A DNA stretch of 64,000 bases from Fimicolochytrium jonesii (Eukaryota): assembly GCF_025526975.1 (NCBI RefSeq), contig NW_026515685.1:496001-560000 (forward strand), in the 5' to 3' direction. Shown in pieces: positions 1 to 11,103 of this stretch. The first letter of the stretch is position 1. Every line of letters starts with the position of its first letter. Under the pieces are notes generated by a model, which saw only the letters and a list, made by a program, of their open reading frames with translations, was not told where the DNA came from and made no database searches. A program made the position numbers and the translations under genes.

Positions 1-704
1 CCCCCGTGCAACCCTTAAAATCGTCAACAGACGTATCCGGCACTGACACATCAAGCAGCAGCATAGCCGTGCAGCGCTCAACACTCGGGCCCTCCGCCGC
101 CCCCCCGCGAGACAAGAGCAACAATAACCGCTGCTCATCCGCTCCGACCCGCCTCCTCCCCAAACGCACATTCCCGATGGCGAGCTGGACCCATCCCCCG
201 CCTGAGACGAGGAGTAAGGTGCCGAACGTTAGGACGATTTGGAGGGCTGGTGAGGGGGTCGATAAACCTGCTGCTGCTATTACTACTACTGCTGCGAATA
301 ACACCGCGGCGGCGGCGTTACCGGTGGCGATGACCAACCCGCGCGGCCGGACACGGTCGGACCCGGTCTTTGGACATTTGTTGGGGAACACGCCGCCTGG
401 TCGGCATCACCACCACCACACGCGGGGTGGGGATGGACATGGGGAGGAGGAGGAAAGGCGGAGTAGTGATGATGAGGATCGGCAAGGGGGTGCCGGTGGT
501 GGTGGGGGCGGTGCCGTACATCGTCATCACCACTCTACCCATCAGCATGCACACCCCCATGGACCCCCACCACAGCCCCGCAACCGACCGATAGCGGAGG
601 AAGAGGATGAGGATTTGGCGGGGTTGATGGTGGAAGAGCAACCTGAGCAGCAAGAGAAGGAGGAGGGCGCACCGAGGGCGTGGTGGCGGACTTGGTTTGA
701 TTAG
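1..704 (+). CDS. 3' end of an unidentified low-complexity protein (partial)
   Basis: Open frame from the window edge to TAG at 702-704. It has His/Gly/Glu-rich tracts and ends RAWWRTWFD. No family recognised. Confidence 0.5.
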   Translation, partial: PVQPLKSSTDVSGTDTSSSSIAVQRSTLGPSAAPPRDKSNNNRCSSAPTRLLPKRTFPMASWTHPPPETRSKVPNVRTIWRAGEGVDKPAAAITTTAANNTAAAALPVAMTNPRGRTRSDPVFGHLLGNTPPGRHHHHHTRGGDGHGEEEERRSSDDEDRQGGAGGGGGGAVHRHHHSTHQHAHPHGPPPQPRNRPIAEEEDEDLAGLMVEEQPEQQEKEEGAPRAWWRTWFD

Positions 705-1468
705 CGAGCATTGAGCCCTTGGAATCGGAGAGGCCCCACCTTTTATGTAATATGTGGTGTCGGGTTATTTTGCAATTGATTTGTGGGAATTTTTGGGATA
801 TACTGTATTTATCTGCCGTTAGGATCTTCCCCGTTCTGTTTCCGCACTCTCTTTGCATAACAGCGCAAGTGCCCCGAGTTCTTCGGGGTGATTTGCGCCA
901 TGAGTTGCTTACGCTCGCGGTTTCTCGACCGCACGCGTTACATAAGCTCAACCTGCTTTCATTTCACTTTTTTGGCATCACGCAAGAATCCAAATCGAGC
1001 AGCAAAGGGTAAGTGCTATTTCGCAAAAGTCATGCACGTGTAGGTCATTCTCCCGGCACATACTCCCCGTGATTGACGCCTAAGGTACTGTGTGTCGCCA
1101 ATCCTGCCATTCCGCGCTTGTAAACGTTCATTTCGCAGGGCTCGGAAGGACGGTAGGTAAGTCACCCCTCACCAACCGCACCTTCTCTCCTCATGTACAG
1201 CGTTTCAGCACAACGCGATCTCGCACGACCTGGGCTTGGAAACTAAAGTGACGCTCTCGACGCGATGGGGGCGCTACCGTCGCCGGTTCGTCTCGTGAGG
1301 GGATTCACCTCCTTGCTCCCGATGCTGCGGAAGATAGGTGTGCCGGCCCGCAACCGCACCCTCCGACCCCGGCCCCGGCTCCATGCACGGCCGCCCGCAC
1401 CCCGCCCACCCATGGATGTTTCGTGGCTGAAGAAAAGGGGATCCGGTGGGCCACTTGCCGTCTTCGTT

Positions 1469-1488
1469 CCCCCCCCCCCCCCCCCCCC
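1469..1488. repeat. poly(C)20 homopolymer
   Basis: 20 consecutive C read directly from the sequence. Confidence 0.95.
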
Positions 1489-2035
1489 ATCACGGACAGC
1501 AGAGGTGCCCACATCCTCGCAATGTAGAGCAGGGAACCTTCGCCGCACCCTCGCTGGGCGGCGTCCACGAACATGAGAGGGGGCATATGACGCTTTGGGC
1601 ATGATTTTCCGCGTCCCCCTCGGGGTCGAGTTCCCGCGGAAGAAGGGTCTTGGTCGATTGGGGCGTGAAAATGCATGTGGGGTGTGCTGTTTGCTTCGTC
1701 TCTGGACATCAGAGGTAGGCAGGGGAAGCTAGGGGAAGGGGCCTGCGCGTCTATCCAGGACGCTGGGGAATGTCAGGGACTTTGGGATTGCAGGAAGAGC
1801 ACACCGTATGTGGTGATGGTGTGGAGTGCTGGATGCTCGACGCTGGTTTCTCGCTCTGACTACCAAACGGTAGTGGAGAACAAAGAAAGAAATCTCGGGA
1901 AATGCTTAAATTAAAAGACATGCTACATGAATGATTTAGGGCCTATGTCTATCAGGAACCCCCGGAGTCGGAAGGGTTATACGTGAATGGCCAAATGACT
2001 CCTCTCTACCCGAACACAACCTATCTAACCCCTCC

Positions 2036-3307
2036 CTAAAACTTAACAACCTTCTTCTTCGCCGGCCTTGCCTTATTCGGCACAGCAGCAGCAGTAGGAG
2101 CAACAGCAGCGGGCCGCTGGGGCGGTAGATCCGATTTCGAGTTAAGGTGGGCGATATGCGTCGCAGAGACCTGTGTCTTTGCAGCCGCCGCTGCTGCTCG
2201 GCGTTGGGTCTTGTCCTCGTCCATCCGGTGCAGCGCGACAAAGACGTCGTCGTCGTCGCCGCCTTGGCGGAGGTCGATCTTGCCAACTGTTGTTACACCT
2301 GCTTCTGTTGATGTGCGAGTAGGGGGCAAGTAGGGTTTGTTAGTTGTTTGCACAGCATTTCGGGATGACCCCGAAGTCGTTCTTCATACCTTGCAAGGCC
2401 GGCTTGCAGTCCCGGGCGAAATGGCGCACGGACCCACAGAACTTGCACCCGCCGCCGTTAGGGTAGAGTCCGCGCTCGTTTTCGGAACATGCGCTGGCTA
2501 GGTGTCCGTTCTTGTTGCAGACGAAACAGTGGGCGAACGGGTATGGGTTTTCTGCAAGCGAGGGCGTCAGGATCAGGGCTTTGGCAGAACTCTGCTAGGC
2601 GGTTACGTTCGGCTGCAGTTGGTTTTGAACTTACTTGGATCCACCAACTTCCTGCACTGCGACGATTTGTGCTCGCCAGACCCGCACTTGTAGCATATCC
2701 CCACCACGGCGCCGTCGCTAGCGATGGGCGCATTTTTTTCCGTCTCCGTGGCCTTGGGGCACGAGTTTATCGAATGGCCCAAGTTACGGCACAGGAAGCA
2801 TACCTACATTAGGACAACTTCTCCATTAGTGTGGGCCACTATCTGAGAGCGACAGCTTCGTCTATGTTCCCATACCATTTTCTTCTCCTTATTCCTCTCC
2901 CTCCTCGTGCGTCTCCTCAGCGCCTCTTTTTCCTGTTTCGACAATTCCCGTCCACCCGGCCCAGCTCCACCCGTTTTCCTCCCAGCGGTGTTGCCTCCCT
3001 TCCCTGCACCCGCCACAGCGGCGTCGTCGCCTGCCCCAGCTTCCTTCTTCCTGTGCCTCATTTTCTTTTTCTTCTGCTCCGGTTCCGCCTCTGACGCTTT
3101 ACCGCCCTCCGTCCCCTCGGCAGCGGTGGCAGGTTTTGGTGCTGAGGCATCGTCTGTTGCCTTTCGTTTGTTGGACTTGTCGGTGGTTGTGGTGGAGGAG
3201 GGAGTTGGGGTGGAGGACGGGTCGGCCTTGACTGGGAGAAGGGGTTTGGCGACGAATTCGGAAGCCTCTTCGTGCGTTTTGCGAGCCATTTTCGTGAGGC
3301 GGGTCAT
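2036..3307 (-). CDS. CCHC zinc-knuckle protein, ZCCHC9-like (spliced)
   Basis: N-terminus MTRLTKMARK followed by a Lys-rich region. Four CX2CX4HX4C knuckles after splicing: CFLCRNLGHSINSC, CYKCGSGEHKSSQC, CFVCNKNGHLASAC and GLYPNGGGCKFCGSVRHFARDC. C-terminus KKKVVKF. Confidence 0.85.
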
Positions 3308-3624
3308 GTTGGGCGGCGGTGAATGGAGAAGCTTACTAGTGCTGGGCGGCCGAGTTCAGTGTGCACCCTTGAGAGCTGCCTTGAGAGAGCGTTTGAAAGA
3401 AAGGAATGACAGTTGGGAACGAGGGACAGCTTTCTTTGCGCACGCGTTCGCAGAGAAGACGGACTTACAGAATCGGCAAGTCATTACAAGTCAGTCCCTC
3501 CTTGGTCGTCTCTGAGAACTCGCCAGTCACCAGTGCACCACACACGCCAACCGCTTCTCGAGTCTCGCAGGAAGCCTGTCCTCCACCAATTGTAAAGCCA
3601 ATTCGGAGAACACTTACTTTCAAC

Positions 3625-4221
3625 ATGTCGGATAGGGTAAGCCCAACTCACCAAAGATCCTCCTCCCTTCCCGATCACCCACTGATTCCCCTCCCACACT
3701 CAGGGCAGAGGAAACTCACGAGGCCGCGGCGCCCGGGGGGGCGGTTCCGGCGGGGGGCGGGGCGGACACGGTGGCGGCGGCGGGCCACAGAAGAAGGAGA
3801 ACATTCTGGATCTGGGGAAGTATATGGATAAGAAGATCCATGTCAAGTATACGGGTGGACGAGAAGGTCGGTTTGGATGGGCATGAGTTTCGGAGTTGGG
3901 GGTCAAGGCAGGCGAAGAGAAGGAAAGAATGCTGATGGCTTTGTTTGATTAGTGATTGGGACGTTGAAGGGGTATGACCCATTGCTGAACCTGGTCTTAG
4001 ACGACACTGAGGAGCTAGTACGAGGTAATGCTACTATCCCTATGACAGCGCCTGAACTACTTCCAACCGATGCGATACCTCCCGACAGATCCGGAAGACA
4101 ACTACCGCGTAACAGACCAAAAACGGTCGCTCGGTCTCGTGGTATGTCGCGGGACGGCGATAATAGTCATCTCGCCGGAAGACGGCACGGAGGAGATTGC
4201 CAACCCTTTTGCGCAGCCTGA
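3625..4221 (+). CDS. LSM7: Sm-like protein LSm7 (3 introns)
   Basis: Spliced product KKENILDLGKYMDKKIHVKYTGGRE/VIGTLKGYDPLLNLVLDDTEELVR/DPEDNY...RSLGLVVCRGTAIIVISPEDGTEEIANPF. Confidence 0.95.
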
Positions 4222-4517
4222 GTGATGTGGGACAGAGGGGAGGGTTCAGTCGTTATGTTTGATTTGGGGGATGCAGGGCGTGCAGAATTCATAGCCGACA
4301 TCTGAAGCGAGTCTCTCTGCAACCTGGGGCGTATTCTGTATATGAGTATACCAATGCTGCACTATCAGCCCCCACTGTGGGTCATGGAGGTGTGGGCGAA
4401 AGTGGGAAAACACAACAAAAGCAGTACGGAGACTGCACCCTAGCAGTCATGGCCGACCGATACCAAAACTGTCTATATTGGGCCAATGGAATATACAGAG
4501 TTTACAGGCCCGGAATC

Positions 4518-5798
4518 TCAAACGCCTCTGTCCGCAACGACCGTCCTTTCCTCCGGAGCCTGCGCGAACGTCACCAGAAACAGCATAAACGCATCCCCGA
4601 CCGTAACATCCCTCAGCTGCTGCAACTGCTCCTTGAACGTCGTTAGAGCGCATTCTACGCGTAAGGTGGGCGGAATGTCGAACCTATACGGAGACGATGG
4701 TCAATATCCAGGATGATCGTGTGAAGGGACTGGTAACACACTGCCAAACGTACTCCACGTCCTCCCCATCCAACAGACTCCTCACAGCATCCACAATGCC
4801 AACCCCAAGAGCAACGACCTCCCGACTTGAATACGTCTTGCACACCACCTCGTCCACGCTTTCATCCGCATGTGCGGATGCGCCGCTCGACTTCAGCGCT
4901 GCTTTCCTAATCGCAATGTGGGCGTGCTCAAAGAAATCTGTCAATCACCCATCAACGTTTTGTCAGCCCAAAATATCCAACATCTCACTGATGTCAAACA
5001 AGGACAGCATCGCATACCAATATACGTAAAATACGCCCTAAAAGCGCCCAAAAACCTGCCCGCGGGGATCTTATACCGCAGCAGCTCATGCGGACGATAC
5101 GCCTTCTTGTAGTCAATATGGGCTGCGATCTCGGTGGCGCGGTGGATGATCGAGAGGGGAAAGTCGGGGCAGAGGAGCTCGATTAGGTGGTGGTATTCGG
5201 GGGCTGTGTGGGTTGCTGGATGGATGTGTGGATAGGTGTGAATGATGTGGAGGTGAGGGAGGGGGGTGGGAAGGAACGTACAACTCCGGTTGGGAATGAC
5301 GTCGGCTACTCGATCTATGAAGGCGCTCCGGTTTTGTTTCGTTACGCGGACATATTCGTATTCACGGAGGAGGGTGTTGATGCCGCGGTGGACGCTTGAG
5401 AAGCTGCATATTGATTCGATAGATTGAGCGGGAGGTGCAAGTATTGACGGGGAGAGACGAGGCGAGACAAGATGGGATGCCGGGCTGCACACCTACTACT
5501 CGGATAGAAATTTGGCGGGCTTTTCCGGGCGGTCGTCTAATAGGCGGCTTAGCGCATCCTGCGGGTTCGGCCGGGTAGAACATCAGCGGTGGTAATTGGG
5601 GAGAGCAGATCGATATAAAGCATTGCAACGACAATGTACCTGCAAGTAAATTTCGATCTTGTGCTTATCTGGTTGGGCGCAATGTGCGTGAGTAACAGGG
5701 CCGACTTGAGAAGATAAGAGACAACGACCTGACGCACCCAAGTAAGCCTTGCTAGACGCCTCGATCTGGCTGGCGTCGAAGTGCGGTACAGTAGCCAT
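4518..5798 (-). CDS. CSTPP1/C11orf49-like centriolar-satellite tubulin polyglutamylase regulator (multi-exon)
   Basis: Reconstructed exons YLDKHKIEIYLQDALSRLLDDRPEKPAKFLSEY, FSSVHRGINTLLREYEYVRVTKQNRSAFI and EYHHLIELLCPDFPL match human C11orf49 motifs as I recall them (FNSVCQGTHILFREFSFVQATPHNRVSFL; EYHCLLQLLCPDFPL). Confidence 0.75.
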
Positions 5799-6106
5799 CT
5801 TCAGAGCGTTTGCCGGAAGTGGAAGCGAGGGAGGCAGTTAGTATTAGTTCGAGCCATGCAGAAACAGGGAAGAGATGATGGAGCGAATGACGGGAGCTGT
5901 CAGTTCAGAAGGTCCGTCCGAGAAACGCGTGCAGCTCCGCCTTCGGGACTCCCCTTTTTCCCACGCTCGCTTTCTTTTCTCACCCTCGTCGCCACACACT
6001 CGTTGCTCTTGGAAACGCACCTCAACCCGCCCACGACGGGTGCTTCTTCTCAGCTTCCGGCACAACCAACACTCAGAGAAGCGCTGTCACGCCCCACGTC
6101 GCTGAA

Positions 6107-8757
6107 ATGGACTTTCAAACCACTTTAGATCGTCTCTGCACCCGCCTCACAACCCACTCCCAAAAACGCCGCGACGACGCCTCCACCCATCCCGGACACA
6201 CCGCCTCCTGGAGCTGGGCAGCCCACCGTCTCCTCTCCCTGCTCGCCGAATACCCCTCAGGAGTGACCCCCGCCATCATCAATTCCGAGCTCGAAGTCGC
6301 GTGGGACGACATCCGCGGCGACGCTCAGCGCGGCGGCCTATCCAAGAAATTCAAAGGCGTGGAAGCACTCAGGGATGGGCAGGCGGTGTCGACGGAAGCG
6401 CTGTTTGAGTTGGTTGTAGGTGGGGTGAAGGTGTTGCCGGGCACGAGAACGTTTGTGCTTTCGTTCGTAGGCGCGGAGGCGGGAGGGGGGCACGGCAGGT
6501 TCTCGGAGGTGAATATGTACTTGCATCAAAAGTACTGTTTTTTGGAGGATGCTGATGGGGAGAGCTTTTTCACAAAGGTGAGGAATTGACACAGCTCATG
6601 ATGTGGGTGTCTTGGAGCCTTGGCGTACGCTGATATCGAAGCCCACTGTCGTGTAGAGAACAGTCCGGTTAACCGGCACCCGATCCGTCACGGCTCCTAA
6701 TGGTGCGACGCAGATGTTGCCGACGGAGTACATGCTGTTCATCCTAGATGGAGACGCAGACCGCACCTTTGTGAGCAAGACATTCGGCGCCGCGTTGAAC
6801 CAGGCGACTGCGTCCCAGATCGAAGATGCGAATGAACCGGCGGCGTTCTTGGTGAAGGTGACAAAGATCGAGCCCGTCCGAGCTGCGAACAGTAACGGAC
6901 GGCTGAAGCGAATGGAGGTACTCGTCACCGATACTACGACCGAGGACGTTCCGTTGGTTCTGTGGGACCAGCAGATCGGCTTGGCGTCTTTGTTCAGGAA
7001 GGTACTGTTCGACGATGGTTCTGCATTAGCCGCTTTGCTCTGCTGTTGGACTAACCGCCAGAAATCTGATCAAAGGGCGACTGGCTGGGGATATGGCGCC
7101 CATATGTGACGTACGGAGGGAGCACGCAGGATGGAGAGCGTCCGACTCTTGAGTACGGATCCCAGACGGTAATCTTTCGTATTGCTGGGTCTCACACGAA
7201 GGTGCGGCTCAAATCGCTCTCATGGGCCCTGCGACAGTTACCAACGTCCCCATTTTTGCGTCCGCTAAATGCTTCCCCTTCCCATGCAGTAGGAATCCGA
7301 TTTTGGCGCCAGCATGGCGACACAGGCAGAACCAGGGCGGGATGAGAAGGTAGGTCAAGCACGATCATTGTGCATCACCGTATATCACCGGCTGACTCTC
7401 ATATTGTTCCAGGGAATATTGGATCAATCACAGTTGCCAAGCCTGCTTCGGATAAGGGATCTCAAACCGAAATGCGTAAATGCAACTATCATGGGACGCG
7501 TGGCCGAGTTGTTCGGAAACGTACGCACCTTGCGATGGAGATCTGTAATGCTGATGCGGGGGACTCATACTACATACTCACGCAGAATCCAGTCCGCCGC
7601 GGCCCAGGTCAGCAGGATAGGTACGGAGTTCGTCTGGAAGATTCGACCGGTATGTATCTCGCACTATCTTACGCTTTCCGTTGATAATGAAATTATGCAA
7701 TCCTAACCCTCCCCCCCTCTTTCCATAGACTACTGCGACATAACTCTCTGGGGCGACATCGCCCGCAAACACATAGGCAGTCTGCACACAGGCGACTATG
7801 TGCTGTTTTTAAATCTGGCCACCACCGCCCGGGTCTTGAAACCGCGCGACGGCGGCGGGATGGAGAAGACTTTTGATGTAATTGGCAGCTCCGATCTGGG
7901 GACGGTAGTGTGGAATGGTAGGTTCAAAACTGGAGGCCGGAAGTATACCATTTTGTTTTGGACTTACTTGTTGACTGGGTTGGCAGTAAGCACGCTGGTC
8001 GGCATGATCTCGTCCCCGAGCATGAGACGGATCGTCCCGATCGTGGATGCGTTGAATAAGGACCTGCAGATGTTCTACGTCCGCGCTTTCTTGGTCGAAT
8101 GTAGAGCCAGTGAAGGAGGGCCGACAATATCTACGCGTAAGGGATCAAAGCAGCCGTTGTCGATCCGAGTTTTGCACCACTGTCACTTACCCACGTTTGA
8201 CTTTTTGTGCGTAGATCAAACGTGCGGCCGGGTCATTGAACAACCGCGGACAAGCGACGAACAGTTCTACTGTGCGTTCTGCCAAGCACGGTTTGAAGCG
8301 AAGCACGCGGCGTATACTTTGAAGTTTGTACTAGACGACGGGACGGCGCGGTGCGCTGTGAGTGTCACGGATCTGATTGCTGCGGTGAGCGCCCCCCGGT
8401 TTTCTCGAATGTAACGCTTTGTAAGTTCTCAAGGCTGATGAATGAACGTTTCTTGGTTGTAGGATATTGTGGGTGTCTCCAGCGCCGAGTTCTTGAGATT
8501 ACCTGAGAACGAGCGGAAGGAGGTGCTTGAATCCGTTCCTGGGCAGCATGTCGAGGGATGCGTTGTCAAAGTTCCGGGGAAGGTAAGCGTATCGTCAGGC
8601 TCCCATGAAGACACCGCTCGGATGGCCATCTGATTGTGAGTATTGTCCCCCATAGACATACCGCCATCGGTTGGCAGCGGTAGTGCGGGTCCTGCCCAGC
8701 ATCGCCAAAAGCTTGTTGGCCGAGTATCAACTCGAACAACGCAAGGAACGGCCGTGA
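6107..8757 (+). CDS. multi-OB-fold ssDNA-binding protein of the CDC24_OB1/2/3 type with a C-terminal zinc-ribbon OB (multi-exon)
   Basis: Motifs SWSWAAHRLL..YPSGVTPAIINSELEVAW, MYLHQKY, MLPTEYM, LVLWDQQIGLASLFRKGDWLGIWRPY and LEYGSQT. RPA1-C-like end TCGR...YCAFC..YTLKFVLDDGT. Confidence 0.7.
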
Positions 8758-8851
8758 TATTGCTCCGGTGGACTCCAATTGGATTCACATCGCTCCATAT
8801 ATCACACACACGACACCAGGGCCAAATAAAAACATGTCGGGGTCATCATCG

Positions 8852-10486
8852 CTACTCGCGCCTGGCAACCTGCACCGTCAAAACGGGCTGCCTCAGATTC
8901 GCAGACGCGACATGGACAAGATACCCGCCCTCATTCACCGGCCAAACATCCATGGCGTGCACGGGATCGAGGTCTTGACGCTCGGCAACTAAGTCCCCGC
9001 TCCGTACATCCCAGAACGTCAGCCGCCCGTCGCCGTCTCCGCACACCACCGCCGCCCCGGTGTCCACTATCTCCACGCACACCGCACCATACACATCCTT
9101 AATCGGCGACGACATTTTGAACAGAGCGTTCCGGCCCCGCTGTGCACCGAACCCGACGACCCGCACACAGTCCCACGTCGCAATCGCCACCTGCGTCCCA
9201 ACGAGATGAGCCGCCAGCGGGATCGTATCCCACACCGACGACGACAGCATCGGGCCCGGGAAGCACATGACCACCGTCCCCGTGCGCACGCAAAACACGT
9301 GCACGACCGATTTAGTGCGGGAGAGGATGTGCGAGTCTGTGAATTGCACGTCCACCACGGCGTCATGCTGCGACCGGTTTTGTATCTGCACCGGTGGCCA
9401 TATCGTCCGTTCCAGCCACCCCCGACCAGCGCCGGGCGATAACCGCCAGCTTCGCACCGCACCGGACTGGTCGCCTGCCATCAGCCGGCGAGAGTTGAAC
9501 CGGAGCGCCGTCACGCCCGACATGGAGGTTGCGCGGAGGACGGTCAAGGGCTGAAGTGTGTCGAGGTTGTAGAGTGTGACGAAACCCGGGGATGGGCTGC
9601 GGGCGGGTGTATGTGGTGTGGGTCGATGAGCGGGGTATTCTTGACGTGGACCGCGCTGTTATGGGAAAAGCGACAGCGCGAGTGGCGTCAATGATCGGAG
9701 TTACGAGAGTTAGTACGAGGCGTAGGGAATGAGCATACCTCCCATCCGAGAGCTAGGACTCCCATATATGCCTGTAAACAATTCACCGTCCCACTGTAAA
9801 CTCATACCCGTTTAGTCATTCAGGCAGAGGAAGTGCGTGAACGCATTGCTCGACGTTCCCTTACTCCTCCTTGATGTAGTTGGGCGGCCACCGATTGGTG
9901 GAAAGGTCTTGAATGGACACCCCAAGGTAGTAGTCATTTTCGATTAGAAGACGGCCCTCGTAAAGCTGGGGTGAAGAGCAAGTGGGTTGTGTGGGTTGTC
10001 AGATTCTGTATCCCGATGTACTCCATGGGAACGCAAGAAAACTTCTTTGCAATTCCCCAGCATTCTGCCCCTTACCTGCGCAACCTCCCCATTCCTCAGC
10101 GCCGACCCCCGATTCCCCATCCCCGGGTTCCCACCTGCCACCCTCCAGTCCTCGCGGCAACGCTGTAGAAACACCTCCCGCCATGTCCGTAACGCGGATC
10201 CCTCTCCTATCCCCCCTGCACATCCCACCTTCGCCCCACAATCCCGCCAAATAAACCCACACACCCGCCCCCACTCGGCATCACTCAGCACAGCGGATCT
10301 GATAAACGTGCATGTTGCGGCGTAGGCGAGGCGATGGGGGATGGAGAGGTGGGCGGCAATGTGGAGGTGCAATTCGGGGGGGAGGTGAGAGAGCGCGGTG
10401 GCGGCTTTTTGGGGCTTGCAGGGTCGGTCTGGGGATAGAGCGTCGGTTCGGACGTCTGAGGAGACGCTGCCTCGGCGGAGTGGCAT
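8852..10486 (-). CDS. F-box/WD40-like protein (spliced)
   Basis: F-box LSHLPPELHLHIAAHLS...YAATCTFIRSAVLSDAEW. WD-like repeats GDQSGAVRSW and CGDGDGRLTFWDVRSG. Confidence 0.75.
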
Positions 10487-11103
10487 AAGAGGTACTGGAA
10501 ACGATAGTAATGACTGGGGATTTTTGCGGGTTGTGAAAGGAAAGGAAGTGTTGCAGCTAAAGCGAACAAGGCTGGCGAAACTGCGATTATTCCAACGATT
10601 TTTTTTGGAAAGACCTCTTAAATTCGAGTAGCGTGATGCAATATAACGTTTTACCAATATAAGCTTTTTTTGAAGCCCGTATGCTTACGGCAGGCTTAGC
10701 CCTCTTTGTCCCTTTCGGCCTCGGCCGAAAGGGTCCATTTGCCACCTGCGAGCAAGCAGTCCATACCAAATTCGACCGCGGGGTCTAAAAATAGGATGAA
10801 AGACAACCCAAAGTCCAGATCGTTCGGATCTCCCTCCTTGAAGGTGGCTTGATCTCGCGGGGCGGAATGGGCATGGTTGTTCTTCTAGAAAAGTTTATTT
10901 GGGGATGCCGGGGGGGCTTGTATGAAAGAATGTAACGCGGCGGGTTTTTGGCGGGTGTGGTTTTGTGAATTTTGACATAGGTTCTTGTGCGCAAGATCGA
11001 GCTAGTTACAGATTACGGTGGAGCTGTCGCTGTTATATCGGTAAAATCTTGCAATACAATTTTTGTTTGGAGTTTCTGTGTTATCGGAAGAGACGGCGGA
11101 GCG

